A stretch of DNA of 64,000 bases, from IMG/VR virus record IMGVR_UViG_3300042402_001868, positions 1 to 64,000 of that record. The stretch is one strand, 5' to 3'. Every line of letters begins with the position of its first letter. Position 1 is the stretch's first letter. A program made the position numbers and the translations under genes. This DNA is from a virus. Shown here piece after piece: positions 27,660-38,900 of this stretch. Below the pieces are notes generated by a model, which worked only from the letters and a program-made list of their open reading frames with translations, ran no database searches and was not told the DNA's origin.

Positions 27660-29000
27660 ATGGGAACATTTACATTTAACATTGATCAAGTACCAGGCGC
27701 CCCAGTAGATGCCGACAGTGCAAAAACATTTAAAATCACCGGCCCTAACACCTTAACACAAGCGCAGGCCCAGGCTATATTTGAAAAACAAGTCAAGACA
27801 GGTGGACTGACAGGATTCAAAGCTGGTGATGTACTGAACGCGGCCACACAAGTAGCTGATGGATTAAAATCAGCACAATCTCAACTGACCTCGGGCATAA
27901 GCAGTATAGGAGCGTCAGTTTCCAAAGCAACCAACGGCATTACCTCTGCACTTGCCAAGACTGGAGTTGCCAACGGAATCAATCCAGGCAACTTTGTCAA
28001 AGCATTGCCGGCACTTGGCAGCATTGGAAAGTTAGATACTTCACAGGTTACCGGAACACTGGCACAGGCAAGCAAGCTGGTAAACCAGCCAACAAACATT
28101 GTAAGTAATTTTGGCGGCGCTGGTAATTTTGGACTTGATGTTAATCAACTAGAAAAAGCAGGATATATCAAACCGGGCATGGCAGCCAAATATGTTTCTG
28201 CAGGACAAAATTCCATAACCAGTGTGTTGAACAGTCCTTCTGTATGGACTGGCAAAGATGGTGTTAATCAGGTTCAAAACATGTTGACTAACCCGGCAGC
28301 ACAAACCAAAGTACAACAGACTCTAATGACTACTGGACTAGCTCAAGTTAAATCTCTAGGACTTCCTGTAGATCAATTATCAGTACAAGTACTCAGCGGA
28401 GTTGCATTAAATGCAGCCAAGGATGTTACTGCAACACTTGCCTGGGCCAAAGGGCAAACAGCAGATCTGAGTTCAGGTCTTGTTGCAAAGTTTAATCAAA
28501 CAGCCAAGGACGCATCGTTTGCGGTAAACTTAGTGGATGAAAAAATAGCCAACGAGTCATTGAATATCAAACAAGTTACAGGATCTGTGGGAACAATTAA
28601 TAAAACAACTCTCAATGCCGCTGTTGGTAGAGTGATTGGCAACGATAAGATTCCCAGTTTGAACTTCAGCAAAGGAACTCCAAACCCTGCAGCCGAGCAA
28701 GAATTAAAAGAAATTGGCAAGCAACTCAGTACTATCGGAAACAAGGATCTGGCAATTATTTCTGAGCCACTGACATCTGATAATGTCGACGCTAGAGAAG
28801 CAAGAATAACAGCATTGAAATCTGAAGTCACACCACTTATTGGCAAGCTAGATGCGTTGGCAACATCTGTAGCAGCCAGCAACAAACCGTTGGCTACAAA
28901 AGCACGATTGGCACTTGGAAACGCTCAGGCCTTGATTGAATTGCTAGATACCGATCTTGAAAATATTCGACGATTTAAAGCCGAAACGCAAAGCATATAA
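27660..29000 (+). CDS. Hypothetical baseplate-associated protein
   Basis: 446 aa between spike and gp25. The central segment QLEKAGYIKPG..WTGKDG..L.NP..Q is possibly lysozyme-like. Confidence 0.55.
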   Translation: MGTFTFNIDQVPGAPVDADSAKTFKITGPNTLTQAQAQAIFEKQVKTGGLTGFKAGDVLNAATQVADGLKSAQSQLTSGISSIGASVSKATNGITSALAKTGVANGINPGNFVKALPALGSIGKLDTSQVTGTLAQASKLVNQPTNIVSNFGGAGNFGLDVNQLEKAGYIKPGMAAKYVSAGQNSITSVLNSPSVWTGKDGVNQVQNMLTNPAAQTKVQQTLMTTGLAQVKSLGLPVDQLSVQVLSGVALNAAKDVTATLAWAKGQTADLSSGLVAKFNQTAKDASFAVNLVDEKIANESLNIKQVTGSVGTINKTTLNAAVGRVIGNDKIPSLNFSKGTPNPAAEQELKEIGKQLSTIGNKDLAIISEPLTSDNVDAREARITALKSEVTPLIGKLDALATSVAASNKPLATKARLALGNAQALIELLDTDLENIRRFKAETQSI

Positions 29001-29003
29001 ATA
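28996..29003 (+). promoter_or_regulatory. T4-type late promoter TATAAATA
   Basis: Exact consensus overlapping the upstream stop, ending 5 nt before the ATG at 29009. Confidence 0.7.
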
Positions 29004-29008
29004 TTATC

Positions 29009-29383
29009 ATGACTACATTCATTGGGTTTAACACCATTAATCAATACAAAAAGTTTACGTTGACTGACTTTGATTTGATCAAACGAGACCTGCTAAATGC
29101 GTTCAATATCCGCCAGGGACAACTGCCTGGTCGTCCGGCATATGGCACAGTAATTTGGGATTTTTTGTTTGAACCACAGACTACTCAAACTCAAAACGGA
29201 ATAGAAGCAGAAATACAGCGTGTGGCAGGCGGCGACCCACGTATCTACATCAGTGACGTACAAACATATCCACAAGAAAATGGTATCTTGATTGAAATAC
29301 AAATCACTGTGGTACCTACACAAAATGCAGAAATACTCAGCATTTTCTTTGACCAGCAACAACGAGTAGCCTCCTACGTATAA
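29009..29383 (+). CDS. gp25: Baseplate wedge subunit, gp25/IraD-like
   Basis: D.DLIKRDLLN.F..RQG..P..P.YG..IWDFLFEP...DPRI. Confidence 0.85.
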   Translation: MTTFIGFNTINQYKKFTLTDFDLIKRDLLNAFNIRQGQLPGRPAYGTVIWDFLFEPQTTQTQNGIEAEIQRVAGGDPRIYISDVQTYPQENGILIEIQITVVPTQNAEILSIFFDQQQRVASYV

Positions 29384-29402
29384 CTACGCCGTTTTTAGTA
29401 AC

Positions 29403-29410
29403 CATAAATA
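29403..29410 (+). promoter_or_regulatory. Late-promoter-like motif CATAAATA
   Basis: One mismatch to TATAAATA, upstream of the gp6-like gene. Confidence 0.55.
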
Positions 29411-29437
29411 CTTTAGTGACAAGAAGGTTACAGAACA

Positions 29438-32400
29438 ATGGCAACAACCACAAGACAGACGGCAATATTTGGTGTAGAAGATTGGAAGCAGATCTATCAA
29501 ACGTATAGAGAAGCAGACTTTCAAAGCTACGATTTTGAAACTCTACGCAAGAGTTTTGTAGATTATCTACGTTTGTATTATCCAGAAACATTCAATGACT
29601 ACATTGAATCAAGTGAATTTATTGCGCTCTTGGACATTATTGCGTTCATGGGCCAATCACTTGCTTTCCGTACTGACCTTAACACTCGTGAAAATTATCT
29701 AGACACAGCGGAACGACGTGATTCAGTTGTGCGACTGGCTAACCTAGTGAGCTACAGTCCCAAGCGCAACACAGCCGCCCAAGGCCTGTTGAAAGTGTTC
29801 AATGTTACCACAACAGAAAACGTTGTGGACTACAACGGAGTCAACTTATCCAACGTCACAGTTGACTGGGCTGATCCCACAAATCCAGACTGGCAAGAAC
29901 AATTCACAGCAATTATCAATGCTTCCTTGGTTGATACCCAACGTGTTGGCCGTCCAGGCAACAGACAAACATTATTAGGCGTGGACACGGCTGAGTATGC
30001 AGTGAATCTAGTGCCAGGGTTTTTGCCTGTTATTCCTTATACTGCCACAGTTGATGGCGTCAACATGCCATTCGAAGCAACCACATCTACTAGTGCTGGA
30101 CGTGATTACTTGTACGAACCACCACCAGTGCCAAACACAAGTTTTAATGTGTTATTCCGTAATGATCAGCTGGGTTTTAGTTCTGCCAATACTGGTTACT
30201 TTTTTATGTTCAAGCAAGGAACATTGCAGAATACAGATTTTAACTTGGCAGAACGCACAAGCAATCGTACTGTGAACATCAACGTGGAAGGCGTCAACAA
30301 TGAGGATCGTTGGTTGTTTGAACTTACCAACGTAGGTAATGTCAACCGCGAATGGCAATATGTAGAAAGTGTGTACACCGCAGCCGCAGAACAAACTGTA
30401 TTACTGCGGCCTATCTATTCTACCACCAGTCGTAGCAATGACCAAATTACTTTGGTATTTGGCGATGGTGTGTTCTCAGAAATTCCTGTGGGTATCTTCC
30501 GTTGTTACACTCGTGCGTCAAATGGCTTGCAGTACATTATCAATCCAGAAGAAATGCAAAATGTCACGTTGCCAATCAGCTACACTGACCGTAATGGTAA
30601 TGTACAAACAATTACATTCACTTGTGGTATCACTCAACCAGTGAGTAATGCGCAAGCTCGTGAAACAATTGATGCAATCAAGCAACGTGCACCTGCTAGA
30701 TACTACACACAGAACCGCATGGTCAACGGCGAAGACTACAATCTGTTTCCGTACACTGCTTATAATAGTATTATCAAATCCAAAGCACTGAATCGTAGTT
30801 CAATTGGCACAAGCCGTTATTTGGATCTAGTTGACAACACTGGCAAGTACTCGTCTACTAACACATTTTCTAGTGATGGTGCTGTATGGGAACAAAATAT
30901 TCTTCCTACTATATTATTCTCTTGGATCAACCGAAACGAAATTGCAGATTTTGTGACAAACACTGCTCAACCACAAATTGGACAGGCCACAATGAAGCAG
31001 TTCTATTATTCTAACTTTCCGCGACCTGAAGTTAACATAACAGACTCGGCCACAGCATTGAGCACCTGGCAACAAAGCACAACATTGGCCAATGAGACCA
31101 CAGGCTATTTTAAAAACGCCAATGGAAATGCTATTCCTGTTGGCGGCAGCACTACAACTGTTTTTGAATATATTCAGGTTGGTAGCATTATTAAATTTAC
31201 TGCTCCTACAATCAATGGTATCACTTACTACTTTGATCGTAACAATAGATTACAACCTGGAGTACCAACCAAGCCTGATGAAAGTTTAGAAATCTGGGCA
31301 AGCCCTCAAGCTATCATTGGCGACGGATACAACGGCGGCCTAGGCAATTTATCGTCTGGCGCTGGGCCAGTAACTCTCAACAACTTTGTGCCAACAAATG
31401 CAGTAGTTGACAGTATTATTCCTGTTTTTATTACAGATTTGCCATTGTCATTAGAACAACAGATGGGCGATCAAATTGAGTTGTTTCGTAATTTTGGTAT
31501 TGGATATGCTAGCACTGAAATTACCACGCCACAGGGCAATAAGATTGAACCAGGTACTTGGTATCTAATCACCAGTACAAATCTTGATGCCAATGCCACT
31601 TGGAGCCAAGACTATGCTGGAGACACATCAGGCACAAACAAAGATGCCAGCTGGTTAGCACAATTTGTGGTTGAAAACCAAAACTACACAGTGACATTCC
31701 GTGGACTTGCATATAACTTTGGTAGTGTGTTACAAACACGTTTCTTCTTCTATGATGACCAATTGGTTTACGATAGCCGAACTGGCACAATTATCAAAGA
31801 CTTTATAAATGTGTTGGCCATGAACACACAACCAAACGACAGCAAACCGTTGCAAAGTGATATCTATATGAATATCATTGGACAACCTGTTGAAAGTGAC
31901 GGTTATGTTGACGACTTCCAGGTGTTAGTAAGTTTCCGCGACAGTGACAATGACGGTGTTCCAGACAACCCAGACTTCTTTGAAGAGATTGTAGGGCCTG
32001 TTCCTGATATTCCTAGCACAGGACCCTGGGTGTTCTTACAACAAACTGTGGACTTTGACAATTTACAACGTTACTTGCTAGTTGAAGAAGGCGTAGTCAA
32101 TTCTGACTATGCCACACTTGATGACATTGAGTTGGTAAAAGCTGAATGGAGTCCTGGACAAGTATTCTATGCCTACGGAACCTACAACAGCAGTGGCGAA
32201 ATAATTGTTGCACCGGCATTTTATCTACTGAGCATTAATGTTGCCGGAGCCAGAACATTGGTTGAACAGTCAGGATGGATTGCAAGATCAGGTCGACAAA
32301 ACTTGTACTTCCAATACCGCCACAACTCACCGCTGACCAATCGTATTGACCCAGGTACCACCAACATCATTGACCTGTATGTGGTAACACAAGCATATTA

Positions 32401-32935
32401 TACTTCTTACCAGAACTGGATCAAAGACACCACTGGCACAGTTACACAACCTGATGTTCCTACAATTGACGAGTTGTCAACTGCTTACCAAGGTCTACAA
32501 GATTACAAAATGATATCAGACAACATTGTGTTGAACTCTGTGAACTTCAAACCATTGTTTGGTGCCAAGGCTGCACAGCAATTGAGAGCCACAATCAAAG
32601 TGATCAAGGCACAAGGATCTACAGCAAGCACCAGCGAAATCAAGAGCAGTGTGGTGGCAGCAATGAACACCTACTTCAGTATTGACAAGTGGAACTTTGG
32701 TGACACCTTCTACTTCTCAGAACTGGCAGGATACTTGCACAGAACACTTGGCAGTATCATCAGTTCAGTGGTGCTAGTACCATTAAACAGTCAGAAGAGC
32801 TTTGGTGACTTGTATGAGATTAGATCCGAACCCAACGAAATCTTTGTGAATGCCGCAGACATAACTAATATAGAGGTGATTGAAGCATTGACCAGCACCA
32901 ATCTTAGAACAGCACCCGGCAGTGGAGTCATTTAA
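29438..32935 (+). CDS. gp6: Baseplate wedge subunit (T4 gp6 / baseplate J-like)
   Basis: DFETLRKSFVDYL..FNDY..SS...LLD..A, ENYLDTAERRDSV..LA.LVSY.P, FGDG, ETIDAIKQRAP..Y.TQNRMV..EDY. Confidence 0.88.
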   Translation: MATTTRQTAIFGVEDWKQIYQTYREADFQSYDFETLRKSFVDYLRLYYPETFNDYIESSEFIALLDIIAFMGQSLAFRTDLNTRENYLDTAERRDSVVRLANLVSYSPKRNTAAQGLLKVFNVTTTENVVDYNGVNLSNVTVDWADPTNPDWQEQFTAIINASLVDTQRVGRPGNRQTLLGVDTAEYAVNLVPGFLPVIPYTATVDGVNMPFEATTSTSAGRDYLYEPPPVPNTSFNVLFRNDQLGFSSANTGYFFMFKQGTLQNTDFNLAERTSNRTVNINVEGVNNEDRWLFELTNVGNVNREWQYVESVYTAAAEQTVLLRPIYSTTSRSNDQITLVFGDGVFSEIPVGIFRCYTRASNGLQYIINPEEMQNVTLPISYTDRNGNVQTITFTCGITQPVSNAQARETIDAIKQRAPARYYTQNRMVNGEDYNLFPYTAYNSIIKSKALNRSSIGTSRYLDLVDNTGKYSSTNTFSSDGAVWEQNILPTILFSWINRNEIADFVTNTAQPQIGQATMKQFYYSNFPRPEVNITDSATALSTWQQSTTLANETTGYFKNANGNAIPVGGSTTTVFEYIQVGSIIKFTAPTINGITYYFDRNNRLQPGVPTKPDESLEIWASPQAIIGDGYNGGLGNLSSGAGPVTLNNFVPTNAVVDSIIPVFITDLPLSLEQQMGDQIELFRNFGIGYASTEITTPQGNKIEPGTWYLITSTNLDANATWSQDYAGDTSGTNKDASWLAQFVVENQNYTVTFRGLAYNFGSVLQTRFFFYDDQLVYDSRTGTIIKDFINVLAMNTQPNDSKPLQSDIYMNIIGQPVESDGYVDDFQVLVSFRDSDNDGVPDNPDFFEEIVGPVPDIPSTGPWVFLQQTVDFDNLQRYLLVEEGVVNSDYATLDDIELVKAEWSPGQVFYAYGTYNSSGEIIVAPAFYLLSINVAGARTLVEQSGWIARSGRQNLYFQYRHNSPLTNRIDPGTTNIIDLYVVTQAYYTSYQNWIKDTTGTVTQPDVPTIDELSTAYQGLQDYKMISDNIVLNSVNFKPLFGAKAAQQLRATIKVIKAQGSTASTSEIKSSVVAAMNTYFSIDKWNFGDTFYFSELAGYLHRTLGSIISSVVLVPLNSQKSFGDLYEIRSEPNEIFVNAADITNIEVIEALTSTNLRTAPGSGVI

Positions 32936-35900
32936 TGGCAAAAGTACGAAGCGTAGATTTTTTACCTGAAATTTTTCAGACTGACGTAAACAAACAGTTC
33001 CTAGCGGCCACGCTGGATCAGTTGATACAAGAGCCCAAGTTTAAAAAGACTCAAGGATTCATTGGACGCACAGTAGGCCCAGGTGTGAACCCCAATGAAA
33101 AATATGTTGTAGAGCCAACCAAGGTTCGTGCTGACTATCAACTCGAGCCAGGAATCGTCAGCCTCAAGCCAGATACCAATACCATTGAAGATGTCATCAC
33201 ATACCCCGGATTGCTTGATTCGATTGACTATCAAGGTGGCAGCTCAGCCCGTCCAGACAGACTGTTTGAAAGCGAATACTATACCTGGGATCCGTTTGTT
33301 GACTGGGATACCTTTATTAACTTCAGTCAGTACTTCTGGTTGCCGGGTGGTCCGGGTGCGGTTGATGTGGCTGCCACAGGTGTACCAGCAACTGATAATT
33401 TTGTAGTAACCAGAGCCAATGGCGTTTATACGTTTTCTGGGTTGAATGGGGACAACCCCACAGTTGATCTAGTACGCGGCGGCAGTTATACTTTTCAAGT
33501 TGCACAAAACGACAAAGAAACAGTAAATTATCGTGTGACCAATTCTGGGACCAGTGCGTATGTTATTGATTATGTTAACAATCCTACACTGACACTAACA
33601 CGTGGTAACACGTATGTGTTTAATTTAAACTTGAATGGAGTATATCCATTCTATATTAAAACAGCCGCCACCACAGGGTTAAACAATGTTTACAGTTCAG
33701 GCGTGACCAATAATGGTGCAGTCACAGGACTTGTGACATTTGTAGTTCCACAAGATGCACCAGATACGCTGTACTATTCTAGTGCCACGCAATCAAACAT
33801 GCGTGGGCAAATTAATATTATTGACGGCACCGCAGGCACCGGAGCAGGTTTTTGGATACAGGCTGCACCAGGCATCAGTGGCAAAATACCTGCCACCCCA
33901 AACATCAGTTCTAGAGATGTGTACGGTGTAACCAACAATGGCGAAGACCTAGGTACCATTACATTTAACGTTCCTACCAAAACTGCACAACAGTTCTATT
34001 ATGACCTGCCTAGCCTTGGATCCGTTGATTTATTGACTGATTTACGATTTGATCAAATCAATAATATCACTGTGGCGGACTTTATTGCTACCTATGGTGG
34101 TATTGATGGCATCACAGCACTTGACGGCAGAACATTGGTATTTGAAGGTACATCAATAGACACTGATCAAGGCGGCTGGACCAAAACAACTTTTTTTGAT
34201 CCCTTGACACAAAGTGATAGTTTTACAGGACAACCGGGCAGTTATGACAGCTTGTTGTATGCACAACAACTTGAAGTGCCTGTATCTCAACGTCGTGGAA
34301 TTTGGCAAATTAACTATGTCAACAATGCTGGATTTGTTTACATCAGCCTGACCAATGTGGGCAATATCAACGACTTGGAAAAGTTTACTATCTTGTATGG
34401 CAACGTTTATGCAAGCACAGGATGGTTCAAGAACGATGCAGGAGTGTTTAAACAAATACCTTTGTTGACAGCTTCGCAAGATACGCTGTATTACCAAGAT
34501 GGCACAGACCCAGGTATATTTGGTCGAATCAGATTGATTGACCAAACACAAAGTTCCACATTGTACATTGACGAAATTATTGGTAAAAAAAATTACACCA
34601 GTCCCAACGGTGTGGCATTTACTAATGGACTTAAAGTTGTGTTCCGTGGAGATGTTGTTCCGTCTAGCTATATTAATACAGAATATTACATCAGTGGTGT
34701 TGGTGTTGCTATACGGCTGTTGCCAGTATCAAATTTTGTCTGTCCAGAAACTTATGTAGTAGATGCTGATACCAGTACTATTGACACAGAACCATCCACA
34801 TTAGATTACCTGACTATTGATCGTGCAAGTCTAGATCTCAATGCATGGTCCAGAAGCAATCGATGGTTCCACGTTGACGTTATCAATGCCACAGCAAAAT
34901 ACAACAACACTGAAGTTACTATTGACAACCAATATCGTGCCAAACGTCCAATCATTCAATTCCGCGCAGGAATACGTTTGTTCAACATGGGCACTGAAGG
35001 TAAACAGCCTGTTAATGTCATTGACTTTGCAGAATCTGATGCATTTAGCAATGTAGAAGGCAGCACTGGTTACACAGTAGATGGATACAACTTTGTCCAA
35101 GGCAGTCGGGTTATTTTTGCCAAAGATGCTGATGCCAATGTACGCAACAAAATTTGGATAGTTAATTTTGTATCGCCAGATTCGATATCACCAGTGATTT
35201 CTCAACCTATTATCAATTTAACACTGGCCGCTGACGGTGACGTGCTAATTGATCAAAGTACTGTGTGCCTGGATGGTGATACACTTACCGGTGTTACCTT
35301 TTGGTACAACGGAGTTGAATGGACTGAAGCACAATTAAAAACCAAAGTTCAACAAGCACCGTTGTTTAACGTGTATGATGCTGATAGTATAAGTTTTGGG
35401 AACAAGGTAACGTATCCGTCGACTACATTTGTTGGATCAAAATTATTCAGTTATGCCCAAGGAACAACTGGTATCTTGGATCCTATTTTGCAATTCCCGT
35501 TGCAATATTTAAATTTAAACAACGTTGGTGACATTGTATTTGAAAACAACTTGTACAAAGATACATTTTTGTATGTGCGTGATAACGTTAGTACAACATC
35601 ATTGATCAGTTCAGGATTTCCCAGAGAATACGCCACACGATTGTTGTATAATCGACTGCTGGGATGGAACACAGCAATCACGCCATCTCAAGTTAGACAA
35701 CAGTTTAAGTTCACATACGACGGCCGCCCACTACTGTTGGATATTCAAGCACAAAGCGATGGCATTGTTCCTGCGGTAAAAATTTATGTTGGTAGCAAAT
35801 TCAAAGATCCAGGAACGTATACACTTGCAACTACCTCTAACTCATCTACCATCACACTGGATGATACCTATGTGATTGGTGATATTGTTGAGATATTGGT

Positions 35901-38900
35901 ATTGAGTGATCAAACAAGCCAGGCAGCATTTTACCAAGTTCCAATCAACATAGAGAACAATCCGTTAAATGGCAATAGTGATGCATTTACCCTGGGTACT
36001 ATTCGCACACACTACGAATCAATCTGCGAAAATTTAATCACGTTAACTGGCACAATTAACGGTGCAAACAACACACGTGACCTAGGCGCAATTGGACCCT
36101 ACGGGTTAATTATTCTGCAACAAAGTAGTCCGTTGACCTTGGCAGGATATTTTAACCGTAGCAAAGAATACAATATTTTTGCTTCATTACAATATAACTC
36201 ACGCGAATATCAAAAGTTCAAAGACCTGTTGATGAACGAAGTTACTAACTTAACTTTATACACAGAAACTCCTGCAGAGATATTGGTAGAAGCAATGGCC
36301 AACATCACACTGGGACGACTAGAATCTAATCCATTCTACTGGTCAGACATGGTGCCATCTGGATCAGTATACATTGAAAACAAATACACAGTGAGTTTGA
36401 TCACGACTAATGTATTTGATACTGTGCAAGTTTACAATTACACGTCGTCTAACTATCTAGGATTGTTGGTTTACAAAAACAATGAGTTGTTGACTCGTGG
36501 GTTTGACTATACAGTGGCTACAGATGGCCCGCGAATCACAATACTAACACCATTGGCTGTTGGTGATGTCATTGCCATCCAAGAATATTCAGCCACCTAT
36601 GGCAACTTTGTTCCTAACACTCCTACCAAGATGGGATTGTACCCGTCTTTCCGTCCAGTAATAACCACAATTAATGCCACATCTGGTCCCCGACTGGTTA
36701 TTGTTGGCCATGACGGCAGCCAAACTCCGGTTTTTGGCGATGTTCGAGATCAAGTATTACTTGAATTTGAAACACGTATTTTTAATAATTTAAAACTAGA
36801 TGGTAATCCTGTGCCAATTAACGTCAGTGACGTAATACCAGGACAGTTCCGTAGCACTGGATATTCGTCGGCAGAAATTAATGATATATTAAATGTAGAT
36901 TTCTTAAGCTATGTTGGATGGAACAAGTTAGATTACAACACACAAAATTACATTGCAAGCAATGAGTTCTCGTGGAACTACAGCGGCTCTCAAAACAAAT
37001 TGACCACAAGTCAAAATCTAATTGGATCTTGGCGCGGCATCTACAAATATTTTTATGACACCCAAGACCCTGCTAAAACTCCGTGGGAGATGTTGGGATT
37101 CAGTATTAGACCATCATGGTGGAATGATGTTTACGGGCCAGGGCCATACACATCAGAAAACATGGTGTTATGGGATGACCTAGAAGCAGGTATTGTAGCT
37201 AACCCACAGGGATCGTATGTACTTCCAGCATATATTCGTCCTAATCTTACGCAAGTAATACCAGTTGATAGTGAGGGTAATTTAGTAAGTCCATTTGAGT
37301 GTGTGGTCAGCAACTACAACGAAACAACATTTCAAAAGAGCTGGAGCACCGGGGACGGCAGTCCAGTTGAAGCGTCGTGGTGGAATTCAAGTGCATACCC
37401 GTTTGCTATCATGCGATTGTATGCATTAACTATTCCTGCTAAGTTTTACGCATTATACGCAGACAGAGACTTATATCGCTACCAAGCTGAGTTTGGGCAA
37501 TTTCTTTACAATGATCGATATCGTCTAGATGCCAATGGTATACAAGTATATGGTAATGGCACAAGCAAAGCCAGTTTTATCAACTGGATTGTGGACTATA
37601 ATCGTGTTACTGGCATAAACAGTACCACGGCTCTTGAAGCAAATCTTGCTAGCATTGACGTTCGCTTGTGCTATAGGTTAGCTAGTTTTACTGACAAACA
37701 GTATATTAAATTATACACTGAAAAATCTAGCCCTAATAGCTTGAATGCAACATTGATGATTCCCGATGAAAGTTATGATCTGTTGTTGTACAAAAATCAA
37801 CCGTTTGATCGGTTGATTTACAGTTCAGTTGTGATACAAATTGTTGAAGGCGGCTATGCTGTTTACGGATATTCAACTACCCAACCTTACTTTGATATTT
37901 TAGTAAGTCAATCAGCTGGCAGATTAAAACCATACACCGTCGGCGATGTTACTGTAAGGGTGCCCACAACATACACCAACACTGTGGCACAAGTTCCGTA
38001 TGGATATGTGTTTACAAATCAAACCAGCGTGTGTGATTTCTTGTTGAGTTACGGAAAACTATTAAATGAACAAGGGCTGGTATTTGATGATAGAGTCAAC
38101 GGTTACCAACTGGACTGGGATCAAATGGTTGTTGAGTTCTTGTACTGGAGTCAGCAAGGATGGGAAAACAATTGTTTGATCAATCTCAACCCATTGGCCA
38201 GTGCGTTAACAATTACAAAACCAGGCGCGGTAGTTGACAGCATTATTACACAAACTAGTGAAAATGTTATATTAGACCAAAACAAGCGTGAGTTGCCTAC
38301 TCGCAATATCAATATTGTGCGACTAGAGAACACATTGACGCTACAACCGCTAACCGACCAAAGTCTAAGTTTTGCTGATTTGCGTTTTACAAACTTTGAA
38401 CACATGATTGTGTTAAACAATCAAAGTGTGTTTGGAGATTTGATTTATGAACCTATTACCGGCGCTCGTCAGAGCAGATTGAACTTTGTTGGCATAACCA
38501 GCACCGAATGGAATGGAACTGTTGATGCCCAAGGCTTTATCTTGAACCAAGATAATGTTGAAGAATGGTCTGGGCTTAAAAAATACAGCAAAGGCCAAAT
38601 TGTCAAGTACAAGGATCAGTATTGGAGTGCCATGGTCATTGTTGATCCTAGCACGGAGTTTGATTTCAACAAGTGGTCCAAGAGCGACTATAGTCAAATT
38701 GAGTTAGGGTTGTTACCAAATATTGCTAACAAGGCAAATCAACTACAAAATTCATACAGTGTTAACACTGCCAATCTAGAAGGCGACAACGACTTGTTGA
38801 GTTATGGATTAATTGGATTCCGTCCACGTGAATACATGGCAGCATTGAATCTGGATGATGTTAGTCAGGTAAATGTTTACTCACAGTTCCTGGGCAGTAA

